Of a stretch of DNA of 64,000 nt, positions 20,933 to 30,497 are shown in pieces. Origin of the DNA: Flavobacteriales bacterium (GTDB taxonomy: Bacteria > Bacteroidota > Bacteroidia > B-17B0 > Aurantibacillaceae); contig JBEIPP010000001.1 of the NCBI GenBank assembly GCA_040376995.1, positions 3,780 through 67,779 on the forward strand. The letters run 5' to 3'. The stretch's first letter is position 1, and the number at the start of each line of letters is the position of its first letter. The position numbers and the translations under genes were made by a program. The notes under the pieces were generated by a model that saw only the letters and a list, made by a program, of their open reading frames with translations, made no database searches and was not told where the DNA came from.

Positions 20933-22171
20933 ATGTCTAAAAAAAACATAACAATTATAGGTGGCGGGCCAGCATCTTTGATGCTGGCTTGTTCGTTAGA
21001 TGCCAATAAATTCAACATTTCTATCTATGAAAAAAATGCTGCACTAGGCCGTAAATTTTTAGTAGCTGGAAAAGGAGGGTTTAATGTAACGCATTCCGAA
21101 AACATAGCGCAGTTTACAGAACGTTATCATCCAAAAAAATTTATAGAGCCCTTTTTAAACCATTTTTCAAATACAGATTTTAGAGATTGGTTAAAATCAA
21201 TAGGTATTGAAACTTACGTTGGAACCAGTAAACGTGTATTTCCTGTTATAGGAATCAAACCTATTGAAGTATTAAATGTCATTGAATCAGTTCTTAAAAA
21301 AAACAATGTTTCAGTTCACTATAATCATGAATGGAAAGGCTGGAATAATAATGATCTTTTGTTTTCGAATAATAGTGAAACTAAAATTATAAAATCAGAT
21401 ATTGTCATTTTTGCTTTAGGTGGCGCAAGTTGGAAAGTAACTGGCAGTGCTGGTGATTGGACTTCTTACTTTGAAGAAAAAGGAATTCAAATCAATTCAT
21501 TTTATCCATCGAATTGTGCTTACAAAATCAATTGGAATCAGGAATTATTAAAATTTATTTCGGGCAGAGCTTTAAAAAATTGTGAATTTTCTTGCGGTAA
21601 AACGCATAAAAAAGGAGAAGCGGTTTTAACTGATTTTGGAATTGAAGGTAGTGGAATTTATGGCTTGAGTAAAGAAATAAGATTACAGTTAATTGAAAAA
21701 CAAAAAGCAGAGCTCTTTATTGATTTTAAACCAGAATTAAGTTTACATGAAATTAAAACTAGGATTGAGAACAGAGGCAAATTATCCATTAAAGATGTAT
21801 TGGAAAAAAAGATAAACCTTTCAGACACTCAAATTCAATTATTAAAACATTATACCACAAAAGAAGAGTACAACCAACCTGAAATATTGAGTAGACTAAT
21901 AAAGACATTTCCATTAACAATAATAGATTTTGCGCCAATCGATGATGCCATTTCAACGGTTGGAGGCATTGCTTTAAAGGAAGTGAACGACGAATTAGAA
22001 CTTAAAAAACTACCAAATCATTATTGTATGGGCGAAATGCTTGATTGGGATGCGCCAACAGGCGGTTATTTATTACAAGCTTGTTTTAGTATGGGAAAAT
22101 GTTTGGCCGATAAATTAAACTTTTCCCTCTTTGAAGAGGGTAGTCCGACAGCTGTCGGACGGGAAATATAA
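20933..22171 (+). CDS. NAD(P)/FAD-dependent flavoprotein, HI0933/BaiN-like (TIGR03862-type)
   Basis: N-terminal dinucleotide fold ITIIGGGPASLMLA. GGASW, STVGGI and GEMLDWDAPTGGYLLQ are typical of the HI0933-like family. The last ~16 codons are encoded by a hairpin repeat. Confidence 0.8.
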   Translation: MSKKNITIIGGGPASLMLACSLDANKFNISIYEKNAALGRKFLVAGKGGFNVTHSENIAQFTERYHPKKFIEPFLNHFSNTDFRDWLKSIGIETYVGTSKRVFPVIGIKPIEVLNVIESVLKKNNVSVHYNHEWKGWNNNDLLFSNNSETKIIKSDIVIFALGGASWKVTGSAGDWTSYFEEKGIQINSFYPSNCAYKINWNQELLKFISGRALKNCEFSCGKTHKKGEAVLTDFGIEGSGIYGLSKEIRLQLIEKQKAELFIDFKPELSLHEIKTRIENRGKLSIKDVLEKKINLSDTQIQLLKHYTTKEEYNQPEILSRLIKTFPLTIIDFAPIDDAISTVGGIALKEVNDELELKKLPNHYCMGEMLDWDAPTGGYLLQACFSMGKCLADKLNFSLFEEGSPTAVGREI

Positions 22172-22218
22172 AATAAACATCCTCCGTCCTGCGGACACCT
22201 CCTTCAAAGGAGGAAATT
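22121..22218. repeat. REPIN-like inverted doublet of hairpin repeats (copy 1)
   Basis: Forward unit 22121-22170: TTCCCTCTTTGAAGAGGGT plus the perfect palindrome GTCCGACAGCTGTCGGAC plus GGGAAA. Reverse unit 22176-22218: ACATCCTCCGTCCTGCGGACACCTCCTTCAAAGGAGGAA. The reverse complement of one unit aligns with the other. Confidence 0.65.
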
Positions 22219-22268
22219 GCTGAATTTTCAAACAGAAATAATATCTTTACACATTAAAAATTTACATT

Positions 22269-23687
22269 TTGCAAAACATAAAAGAATATTTTAACACCAT
22301 TGCGTCTAAACAAAAAGGCCGTGGCTTAACAAATTACTATTGGAAAGAAATTACGAATTACTGTAATTATTTTTCACATGAAGATAGTTCTGTTTTAGAA
22401 GTTGGATGTGGATGTGGAGATTTATTAGCAGGAATTGCCGGCAGCAAAAAAACAGGAATTGATTTTAGTGAAGGGCAAATAGCTTGGGCTAAGCAAAAAC
22501 ACGCCGGTAAAAACATAGAGTTTATTTTAATGGACGCTAACAATATTACATTAACTGAAAAGTATGATTTTATTGTAATTAGTAATTTAATTGGTTTTGT
22601 TGAAGACATACAAGCTGTATTTGAACAAGTGCAAAAAGTTTGCCATCCAAACACAAAGATTATAGTTCAATATTATAATTCATTATGGGAGCCTGTTTTA
22701 AAGTTTGCAGAGGTATTAGGATTAAAAACTAAAACACCACTACAAAATTGGCTAAACACAAAAGACGTTAATAATTTATTATTTGTTTCGGGCTTTGATG
22801 TATACAGAAATAGTAAGCGATTTATTTTTCCGTTTTACATCCCTTTAATTGCCGAGTTCCATAATTTGTTTTTAGCTAAGTTTCCGTTTTTTAGATTCTT
22901 TAGTTTAAATACGTATTCGTTTGCAAAGCCCTTACCAATAAGTAATCCGGAAGATTACAAAACAAAATATTCAACAACCGTTGTTATTCCTGCGCGTAAC
23001 GAAAGTGGTAATATTGAAAATGCCATTACACGTTTACCAAAATTTGGAAAGCATGTTGAGATTATTTTTATTGAAGGAAATAGTACAGATGATACTTGGG
23101 AAAAAATTCAAGAAATTCAACAAAAGTATAAAGACACTCATGATATAAAAATTGGTCAGCAAAAAGGTAAAGGTAAGGCCGACGCCGTTAGAGAAGGATA
23201 TAAAATTGCAACTGGCGACATCCTAATGATATTAGATGCAGATTTAACTGTACCACCTGAAGATATCCCTAAATTTTATGATGCTATAGCCGGTAGTAAA
23301 GGTGATTTTATTAATGGAACCCGATTGGTTTATCCAATGGAAGGGGAAGCCATGCGTTTTTTAAATTATTTAGGTAATCACTTTTTCAGTTGGGTGTTTA
23401 CTTGGTTGCTTGATCAACGCTTTAAAGACACTTTATGTGGCACTAAAGTGATGTTTAGAGAAGATTATATTAAATTGACTAAAAACCGAAAATACTTTGG
23501 TGAGTTTGATCCGTTTGGAGATTTTGATTTATTATTTGGAGCACACAAATTAAATTTAAAAATTGTTGAAATTCCAATTAAATATAGAGATAGAACTTAC
23601 GGAACGACTAACATATCTCGATTTAAGCATGGAGTTATTTTGCTTCGTATGTGTGCCTTTGCAAGCCGTAAATGTAAATTTATTTAG
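22269..23687 (+). CDS. fusion protein: class I SAM-dependent methyltransferase + family 2 glycosyltransferase
   Basis: N-terminal half has VLEVGCGCGDLL (SAM motif I). C-terminal half has VVIPARNE..., DADL (DxD) and GTRLVYP, typical of GT2. TTG start with no in-frame ATG nearby. Confidence 0.75.
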   Translation: MQNIKEYFNTIASKQKGRGLTNYYWKEITNYCNYFSHEDSSVLEVGCGCGDLLAGIAGSKKTGIDFSEGQIAWAKQKHAGKNIEFILMDANNITLTEKYDFIVISNLIGFVEDIQAVFEQVQKVCHPNTKIIVQYYNSLWEPVLKFAEVLGLKTKTPLQNWLNTKDVNNLLFVSGFDVYRNSKRFIFPFYIPLIAEFHNLFLAKFPFFRFFSLNTYSFAKPLPISNPEDYKTKYSTTVVIPARNESGNIENAITRLPKFGKHVEIIFIEGNSTDDTWEKIQEIQQKYKDTHDIKIGQQKGKGKADAVREGYKIATGDILMILDADLTVPPEDIPKFYDAIAGSKGDFINGTRLVYPMEGEAMRFLNYLGNHFFSWVFTWLLDQRFKDTLCGTKVMFREDYIKLTKNRKYFGEFDPFGDFDLLFGAHKLNLKIVEIPIKYRDRTYGTTNISRFKHGVILLRMCAFASRKCKFI

Positions 23688-23824
23688 GACATTTCCCTAT
23701 TCCCTCTTTGAAGAGGGTGCCCATAGGGCAGGAGATGTTTTGTTTTATTATAACCTATAGCTCTTGAATTTATGTTTATTTCGACATCCTCCATCCTACG
23801 GACATCTCCTTCAAAGGAGGAATG
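23688..23824. repeat. REPIN-like inverted doublet of hairpin repeats (copy 2)
   Basis: Forward unit 23688-23739: ACATTTCCCTATTCCCTCTTTGAAGAGGGTGCCCATAGGGCAGGAGATGT. Reverse unit 23782-23824: ACATCCTCCATCCTACGGACATCTCCTTCAAAGGAGGAA, about 93% identical to 22176-22218. Confidence 0.65.
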
Positions 23825-23902
23825 AGATTAAATTAAATCTGAAATTAATTGCCAGAATAAAAACTATTTTAAGAATCATTGATTTTATATACCTTTAACA
23901 TT

Positions 23903-24361
23903 ATGAACGAACGCATTTGGATTTATACCTTAAGTAAAAAATTAACTAATGAACAATTAGTTGATTTTAAAAAACGTTGTCAAACTTTTGTGAGTGATTG
24001 GACAGCGCACGATGTAAGCTTAGACGCATCATTTAATTTATATCAAAACCGTTTATTAATTTTTAAAGTTGATGAAGATAAATACGGAGCAAGTGGCTGT
24101 AGTATTGATAAGCAATTACGCTTTGTAAAAGAATTAGAACAAGCTTTTTCAGTAGAATTATTAAATCGTTTATTAGTGGCTTACGATAACAATAATCAAG
24201 TTGAGGTTGTTAAAGCATCTCAGATAAAACAGTTATTGTCAGAAAATAAAATCAATGCAAATACTTTAATATTTGATAATACCATTACTCAATCTAATCA
24301 ATTAGAAGCTAATTGGAAACAACCATTACAAGCAACTTGGTTAGCAAAGTATTTAAATTAA
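23903..24361 (+). CDS. conserved hypothetical protein
   Basis: Clean ORF of about 152 aa from the ATG at 23903 (the ORF-track TTG at 23879 is less likely). No catalytic motif recognised. I recall homologs being mislabelled 'ABC transporter ATPase', but there is no Walker motif here. Confidence 0.45.
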   Translation: MNERIWIYTLSKKLTNEQLVDFKKRCQTFVSDWTAHDVSLDASFNLYQNRLLIFKVDEDKYGASGCSIDKQLRFVKELEQAFSVELLNRLLVAYDNNNQVEVVKASQIKQLLSENKINANTLIFDNTITQSNQLEANWKQPLQATWLAKYLN

Positions 24362-24365
24362 TTAA

Positions 24366-24848
24366 ATGAAACACCAATTATCGATATTCTTATTTTTAGT
24401 CACATTAACGTCTTGTGTGTTTTACTCATGTACAAAAGATGTTGCTAAAAATCCCTTATTAGCATACAGCGATAAGGCTTTGTTAGATAGTGCCAAAAAC
24501 ACATCAGCATTTATTTATTATAAAAACGATGCTTCGGCCTTGTATCCAGGAACAACAGGAGCGCATTCCTCTTTCAAATTGAAATTTAATAAAATAGCTG
24601 CTACTGTTTTAACAGATAATGGAAAAATACCAGTGGGGCAGCTATTTCCTAACGGCTCTTTCATTGTGAAAGAAATGCAATCTGGTTTAAATGCATTCAT
24701 GTATAAGAAAGAAGGCACGTGGTTATGGTCTGAGGTATATAACAACGGCGATGTATTTTACAGCGTTAATAAAGACTCGCAACCATGCATTAGCTGTCAT
24801 AGTCAATCAGGAAATAGAGACTTAGTAGTTACTTTTAATTTTTATTAG
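24366..24848 (+). CDS. lipoprotein with C-terminal CxxCH heme site, cytochrome P460-like
   Basis: Lipobox LTSC. Single CISCH motif 20 residues from the C-terminus. The preceding FIVKEM...GTWLWSEV pattern resembles the P460 fold. Confidence 0.5.
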   Translation: MKHQLSIFLFLVTLTSCVFYSCTKDVAKNPLLAYSDKALLDSAKNTSAFIYYKNDASALYPGTTGAHSSFKLKFNKIAATVLTDNGKIPVGQLFPNGSFIVKEMQSGLNAFMYKKEGTWLWSEVYNNGDVFYSVNKDSQPCISCHSQSGNRDLVVTFNFY

Positions 24849-24852
24849 TACA

Positions 24853-25353
24853 CTATCTACTATAAAGACTTTTTGCTTTTTCTAAAGTTTCAGATTGAAA
24901 CTTTGACAAATCCAAAAAGTAATTCAATTGCCAATTTTGCGTTTTGATAGCTTGTTTATTTGTGGTTTTATCCCATGGTGGATAAACTCTAAACCCGCGT
25001 TTTCCTTCTTTTTCATTAACCGTTAATATACCTTTCTCACACAATACTGATTTTGGAAAAACAAATTGACCAAACTGATTATCATTTATAACGTTGATAA
25101 GAACAAGATCGATTGAATCTGTATTTTCAAATGGGGCTATTATGCCACTTTCAATTCTTTTCCAAAGTGTCACAAATTGGCCAACTTTAGTAGGAGTGAT
25201 TTTTGCTTTTCTAAATCTTATGTGTAAATTATTAAGTTTAAAATAACATGCACTATACTCTGCACTCTCTATTTCAATTATAGGTTCTGTATATTCGAAT
25301 CTACAAGCATCAAAAACTTGTGTTTGAATATAAATAAGGTCAGAAGAAAACAT
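24853..25353 (-). CDS. MepB family protein
   Basis: KITPTKVGQFVTLWKR ... FGQFVFPKSVL ... GKRGFRVYPPWD matches my recollection of the MepB (PF08877) pattern. Confidence 0.6.
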   Translation of the reverse strand: MFSSDLIYIQTQVFDACRFEYTEPIIEIESAEYSACYFKLNNLHIRFRKAKITPTKVGQFVTLWKRIESGIIAPFENTDSIDLVLINVINDNQFGQFVFPKSVLCEKGILTVNEKEGKRGFRVYPPWDKTTNKQAIKTQNWQLNYFLDLSKFQSETLEKAKSLYSR

Positions 25354-25358
25354 AAATT

Positions 25359-28300
25359 TTAAAAACCACTTTCTTCGCTATCGCAATGGAAATAGTTTTG
25401 TTTTTTAAGTTGAGGTTTTACAACCTTAGCACCTTTATTTTGCTCTGCAATTAATTTAGCAATAATACGAGCACGTTCTTTTTTAACATCTTCTCGTAAC
25501 TTTGCGTCTTCGTCTTTGTCGTAATAAATTTGTCCATCAATGATAGTAGTGTTTACCTTAGCATAAATACTCAAAGGATTATCAGTCCAAAGAACTAAAT
25601 CTGCTACTTTACCAATTTTAATACTTCCTACCTTATCATCAATATGTAACATTTTTGCAGGATTTAGGGTCACTAATTTTAAAGCTTGTACTTCTGATAA
25701 CCCACCATATTTAATTGATTTTGCAGCTTCTTGATTTAAACGCCTTCCCATTTCAGCATCATCAGAATTGATAGAGGTGTTTACTCCAGCTTTTGTAAGC
25801 ATGCTTGCATTATATGGTATAGCATCCATAACTTCTAATTTGTATGCCCACCAATCGGCAAAAGTAGAAGCATTAGCTCCATGTGATTTCATTTTATCTG
25901 CCACCTTGTAGCCCTCTAAAATATGAGTAAACGTATTTACTTTAAATTTCATACTATCTGCCACATGCATTAACATGTTTACTTCGCTTTGTACATAACT
26001 ATGGCAAGTAATAAAACGTTTGCCATCTAAAATTTCTACAAGGGCATCTAAATCTAAATCTCTGCGAGGAGAAGTGATTTTATTTATTTCAATTTCCTTT
26101 GGAGAAAGTTTAGAGAAACCTTCCATTTGTTTTTTGTACTCAGCAGCTCTTGTAAAATAATCGTAGTACAATTGTTCTACTCCCATTCGTGTTTGAGGAA
26201 ATCTTTCTAAATCAGGATTTAATCCGTTTGAGTGCTTAACATTTTCGCCTAAAGCAAATTTGATAAAACCAGGAGCTTTTTCGTATTTGAATTCTTCTGG
26301 ATTTTTGCCCCAACGTAATTTTATGATACAGCTTTGTCCTCCAATTGGATTTGCAGAACCATGTAATAATTGAGCAGTTGTTACACCACCTGATAATTGG
26401 CGATAAATATTAATATCGTCAGGATTAATCACATCACCCATTCTCACTTCTGCGCTACTTGCATCAGCGCCTTCATTCACACTAAATAATGCTATATGAG
26501 AATGTTCATCAATAATACCTGGAGTTAGGTGCATGCCTTTTGCATCAATAACTTTTGCAAAAACTGTTTTTTGTGCTTCAATATTTGGAGCAATACGAAC
26601 TATTTTTCCATCTACAATATAAATATCTTGATCTTTTAAAATTGAATCCGATTCGTTTGTCCAAATGGTGGCATTTTTAATTAATACAGCATCGTAACGT
26701 TTTTTAAATTTCCCCCAAGTGTCTTTTATTAAACCTTCGCTCTCTGCCTCGGGTTCGCCGTATGCGCAAAATGGATAATACACTTTACCATAATTAATTT
26801 TTTGTGCAGGTTTAGCAACTTTAGGTTTTGTAGTATCTGTTATGTTTACATAGTTTAATTTAAAATCTATCCAATTACCATCACTATACTGTCCAGTTCC
26901 TGTAAATGATTTTGTTTGTTCGTTGTAATTTCCTGATAAACGAAGTGTAAATGTTGAATCGTATGGAAAACTCAGCGTTAAAAGATTATTTTTGAATACA
27001 ATGTTTGCTTTCGCTTTTAAACTATCTTTTAACATCACAGAACCTGAATAATTTTCTTGCTCTCTGTTAATAGTTAATTTATTGTTAGTTGAACCGTATG
27101 ATAATTCATAACTGCCACTAATATTTGGAATTGATAAATCATTGTAAACATGCTTTACGCCATTACTCCATGTTTCGTTTATAATAGCATCTTCTTCAAA
27201 AATAGGTTTTGATGATATAAAGAAATTGGCATACATGCCTTGTTTTAAACTTCCTATTTTGTCTTGCACTCCAATAAAATTAGCTGGCGTATATGTTAGA
27301 GCTCTCAATGCTGTTTTTTCTGATAATCCGTATTTAATGGCCTTTCGAACATTTTTTAAGAAATTTGATTTATCTTTTAAATCTGCTGGCGTGATGCAAA
27401 ATTGCACATAATTTTTTTCTAGAATGGCTAAATTCGCTGGAGCCATTTCCCAATGTTTCAAATCACTCAATGACACTTGCTCTGCATCAAAAGGATCTTC
27501 TACATCAATCGCGTCAGGATAATTTACAGGAATAATATATTTTGAGTAGGTATTTTGAATGTCGTATAATCTTTGATATTCATTACCGCCACCTTTGATG
27601 ATATATCTTACTTTAAACTCATCAGCAATTTTTTTACCACGTAAATCATTGTATTTGTCATTACCTTCAAAAACAGAAGGTAGTTCTTGTAATTTATTAA
27701 AGGCTTCTAATGTAATATTGTATTCAGTTTTTGGTTGATTAGTTTTGTACCATTCTGCATCATAATATGTTTGTCTTAATAATGCAATGGCTCCCATTAA
27801 AGAAGACGGATAATCTTGTGGAGACATACCTTTGTTTAATGAGTAAAAAGCAGCAGCTCTGTCTTTTATAATACTTTCGTTCTCTTTACTTGAAGTTAAG
27901 TTTACTAATGCGCCACTTCCCCTCACAATACCATCTTTTTGGCAGGTAACCACTGATGTAAAGCCTTGTTTTCTTAATTCATCTGCTTTTAGTTGATTAT
28001 GTAAAAATAATTTTTGTGCTTCTAAGTCACTTTTAATAGCTTGATTCCATCCATATGCGCCTTTTTTTGGAGCATCATGAAAATCAGTTCTTTTTATTTC
28101 TGGCATTCCGTAGTCGCTATATAAATCCACAAATCCTGGATAAATATGCTTGCCTTTTAAATCTGTTGAAATGGCATCTTTTGGCGTTTCTAATTTCTCC
28201 CCTACACGTAAAACCTTACCATCTTGTATCAATAATGTAGCATTGATAATAGTCACATCAGCATCTACATGTAGGGTGCAATTAGTAAATGCATAAATGG

Positions 28301-28403
28301 TATGCATGGTATTGGGAGCTCCGTTTACTGGAAATGTTGTTTGACCGATTAAAGTAATAGATACTATAAATACAGATGATAATAATAAAAGTAGTTTACG
28401 CAT
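25359..28403 (-). CDS. large secreted amidohydrolase-family protein (two metal-dependent hydrolase modules)
   Basis: Signal peptide. PGFVDLYSDYG and PGIIDEHSHIA (HxH-type metal site) motifs, plus a C-terminal VGSIKIGKVADLVLW motif typical of amidohydrolases. 1014 aa. Confidence 0.8.
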   Translation of the reverse strand: MRKLLLLLSSVFIVSITLIGQTTFPVNGAPNTMHTIYAFTNCTLHVDADVTIINATLLIQDGKVLRVGEKLETPKDAISTDLKGKHIYPGFVDLYSDYGMPEIKRTDFHDAPKKGAYGWNQAIKSDLEAQKLFLHNQLKADELRKQGFTSVVTCQKDGIVRGSGALVNLTSSKENESIIKDRAAAFYSLNKGMSPQDYPSSLMGAIALLRQTYYDAEWYKTNQPKTEYNITLEAFNKLQELPSVFEGNDKYNDLRGKKIADEFKVRYIIKGGGNEYQRLYDIQNTYSKYIIPVNYPDAIDVEDPFDAEQVSLSDLKHWEMAPANLAILEKNYVQFCITPADLKDKSNFLKNVRKAIKYGLSEKTALRALTYTPANFIGVQDKIGSLKQGMYANFFISSKPIFEEDAIINETWSNGVKHVYNDLSIPNISGSYELSYGSTNNKLTINREQENYSGSVMLKDSLKAKANIVFKNNLLTLSFPYDSTFTLRLSGNYNEQTKSFTGTGQYSDGNWIDFKLNYVNITDTTKPKVAKPAQKINYGKVYYPFCAYGEPEAESEGLIKDTWGKFKKRYDAVLIKNATIWTNESDSILKDQDIYIVDGKIVRIAPNIEAQKTVFAKVIDAKGMHLTPGIIDEHSHIALFSVNEGADASSAEVRMGDVINPDDINIYRQLSGGVTTAQLLHGSANPIGGQSCIIKLRWGKNPEEFKYEKAPGFIKFALGENVKHSNGLNPDLERFPQTRMGVEQLYYDYFTRAAEYKKQMEGFSKLSPKEIEINKITSPRRDLDLDALVEILDGKRFITCHSYVQSEVNMLMHVADSMKFKVNTFTHILEGYKVADKMKSHGANASTFADWWAYKLEVMDAIPYNASMLTKAGVNTSINSDDAEMGRRLNQEAAKSIKYGGLSEVQALKLVTLNPAKMLHIDDKVGSIKIGKVADLVLWTDNPLSIYAKVNTTIIDGQIYYDKDEDAKLREDVKKERARIIAKLIAEQNKGAKVVKPQLKKQNYFHCDSEESGF

Positions 28404-28514
28404 AATGATATTTAATTAAAACAAATATAACATTATCAGGCATGTATAAAAATTACTTTCAGGCTTTTAATTAAAGATAAATTGTTAATTTTGAGACACA
28501 TTTAAAATTAAACT

Positions 28515-29120
28515 ATGGCAACAGGTATGTTACACACTCACTACTTATTTGTAGTGCTTTTTACTTTAATATATTTAATTAAAACAATATTACTATTAAG
28601 CGACAAAGACGAACTTTTAGAGAAATTTAAAAAGAAGACTAAAGTTGTTGAAATGATTGTGAGTTTTGGTTTTTTAGCTACTGGCGTTTTCTTGTTAACT
28701 CAATTACCGGTTATCACAACTATTATGATAGTTAAAATTATATTAGTGGTATTATCTATTCCATTAGCAGTTATTGGCTATAAAAAGAAAAACAAAGTAT
28801 TAGCTACTTTATCATTTTTTTTAATCGTAGTTTCTTTTGGCTTAGCACATAAAGCTAAAGATGCTAAAGCAGGAGAAAAAACAGTTGCTTTAACTGGTAA
28901 AGAAATATTCGAACAGAAATGTACTTTATGTCATGGTGCTGATGGTAAGTTAGGACAAGCAGGCGCTAAAGATTTATCGGGTACTCAACTAGATCATGCT
29001 GGAATTGTTACCATAATTTCTGAAGGTAAAAATACCATGGCTGCTTATAAAGAGGCATTGTCTACTGAACAAATTGAGGAAGTGGCTTCTTATATTGAAA
29101 CCGATTTAAAAGGAAAATAG
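28515..29120 (+). CDS. membrane-anchored class I c-type cytochrome
   Basis: Four N-terminal TM helices, then CTLCHGADG (CxxCH) and a distal Met region (GKNTMAAYK). Confidence 0.75.
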   Translation: MATGMLHTHYLFVVLFTLIYLIKTILLLSDKDELLEKFKKKTKVVEMIVSFGFLATGVFLLTQLPVITTIMIVKIILVVLSIPLAVIGYKKKNKVLATLSFFLIVVSFGLAHKAKDAKAGEKTVALTGKEIFEQKCTLCHGADGKLGQAGAKDLSGTQLDHAGIVTIISEGKNTMAAYKEALSTEQIEEVASYIETDLKGK

Positions 29121-29125
29121 TACTA

Positions 29126-30325
29126 TTGAAAGCAGATCTTCATTCTACCGAAATACAAGCGCCCACAGCTGTTTTAATTGGCGTTATTAATAAGCGACAA
29201 AACGAAGCAGTATCCTATGAATATTTAGATGAGTTAGCTTTTTTGGCTGAAACCTATGGTGTTGAAACTAAAAAAGTGTTTACTCAAAAATTGGAGCGTC
29301 CTGATAAAGCCACTTTTTTGGGAAAGGGAAAACTGAACGAGGTTAAAGTTTTTATTAAAGAACATAAAATTTCGGTAGTAATTTTTGATGATGAACTATC
29401 GCCTTCGCAACAACGTAATTTAGAAAAAGAATTAGGCACTAGAATATTAGATAGAACGACTTTGATTCTTGAAATATTTTCGCAACGAGCACAAACGGCT
29501 CATGCCAAAACGCAAGTACAGTTAGCACAACTGCAATATTTATTACCTCGTTTAACAGGTATGTGGACTCACTTAGAACGTCAACGTGGTGGAACAGGCA
29601 CGCGTGGTGGAGCAGGAGAAAAAGAGATTGAAACAGATAGGCGAATTGCTCGTGATAAAATTGCACAGCTCAAAGAAGATTTAAAAGTGATTGACAAGCA
29701 AATGGCTACGCAACGTAAAAATCGTGGCGAATTTGTGCGTGTAGCTTTGGTTGGTTATACCAATGTTGGTAAATCAACTATCATGAATATGATTAGCAAA
29801 AGCGAAGTGTTTGCTGAGAATAAATTATTTGCAACGCTTGATACTACAGTTCGTAAAGTAACCATTGATAATTTATTTTTTCTGTTAACAGATACGGTTG
29901 GGTTTATTAGAAAATTACCTACACAGTTAGTGGAGAGTTTTAAAAGCACCTTGGATGAAGTGCGCGAAGCTGATATTTTATTGCACGTGGTAGATATTTC
30001 GCATCCAAATTTTGAAGATCACATTAATGTTGTTCGTCAAACTTTAATTGACATTGGTGCTGGAGATAAAGAAACGATATTAGTATTTAATAAAATTGAT
30101 GCGTTTAAATACGTGAAAAAAGATGAGGACGATTTAACGCCTGTTACTAGAGAAAATTTATCCCTTGATGAATTGAAAAAAACATGGATGACAAACCTCG
30201 ATCAAACTTGTGTTTACATTAGCGCCAAAAATAAAGACAATATCGTTGACTTTAAAAAATTGGTGTATGATACTGTGAAAAAAGTACATGTGGTGAGATT
30301 TCCTTATAATAATTTGTTTTATTAA
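29126..30325 (+). CDS. hflX: ribosome-associated GTPase HflX
   Basis: HflX N-domain (QLAQLQYLLPRL, GGTGTRGGAGEKEIE). G1 GYTNVGKST, G3 DTVGF, G4 NKID. TTG start. Confidence 0.93.
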   Translation: MKADLHSTEIQAPTAVLIGVINKRQNEAVSYEYLDELAFLAETYGVETKKVFTQKLERPDKATFLGKGKLNEVKVFIKEHKISVVIFDDELSPSQQRNLEKELGTRILDRTTLILEIFSQRAQTAHAKTQVQLAQLQYLLPRLTGMWTHLERQRGGTGTRGGAGEKEIETDRRIARDKIAQLKEDLKVIDKQMATQRKNRGEFVRVALVGYTNVGKSTIMNMISKSEVFAENKLFATLDTTVRKVTIDNLFFLLTDTVGFIRKLPTQLVESFKSTLDEVREADILLHVVDISHPNFEDHINVVRQTLIDIGAGDKETILVFNKIDAFKYVKKDEDDLTPVTRENLSLDELKKTWMTNLDQTCVYISAKNKDNIVDFKKLVYDTVKKVHVVRFPYNNLFY

Positions 30326-30328
30326 ACT

Positions 30329-30344
30329 TACTTTCTAGAAAGTA
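30329..30344. other. perfect 16-nt palindrome TACTTTCTAGAAAGTA
   Basis: Read directly from the sequence. It starts 4 nt after the hflX stop. With no loop and no T-run it looks more like a protein-binding site than a terminator. Confidence 0.5.
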
Positions 30345-30497
30345 CTCGTTCAATAATTTCTCTATCTTAATAGTGTAGTTTTTGTAAGCTTTATAATTAC
30401 GAACTTAACTATATCATTCTAAAGGAAGCAAGAGCGTGCGGAAACGCATAGTCTGCGACACCTGTTCCAATAAAAGGATTAACATAAAGTACATATT

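Noticed and set aside
23563-23760. 65-aa ORF running out of the MT-GT gene, and the 67-aa ORF at 53545-53748.
   Set aside because: Both are translations of the hairpin repeats (..SLFEEGAHRAG.. and so on). They are repeat-derived, not genes.
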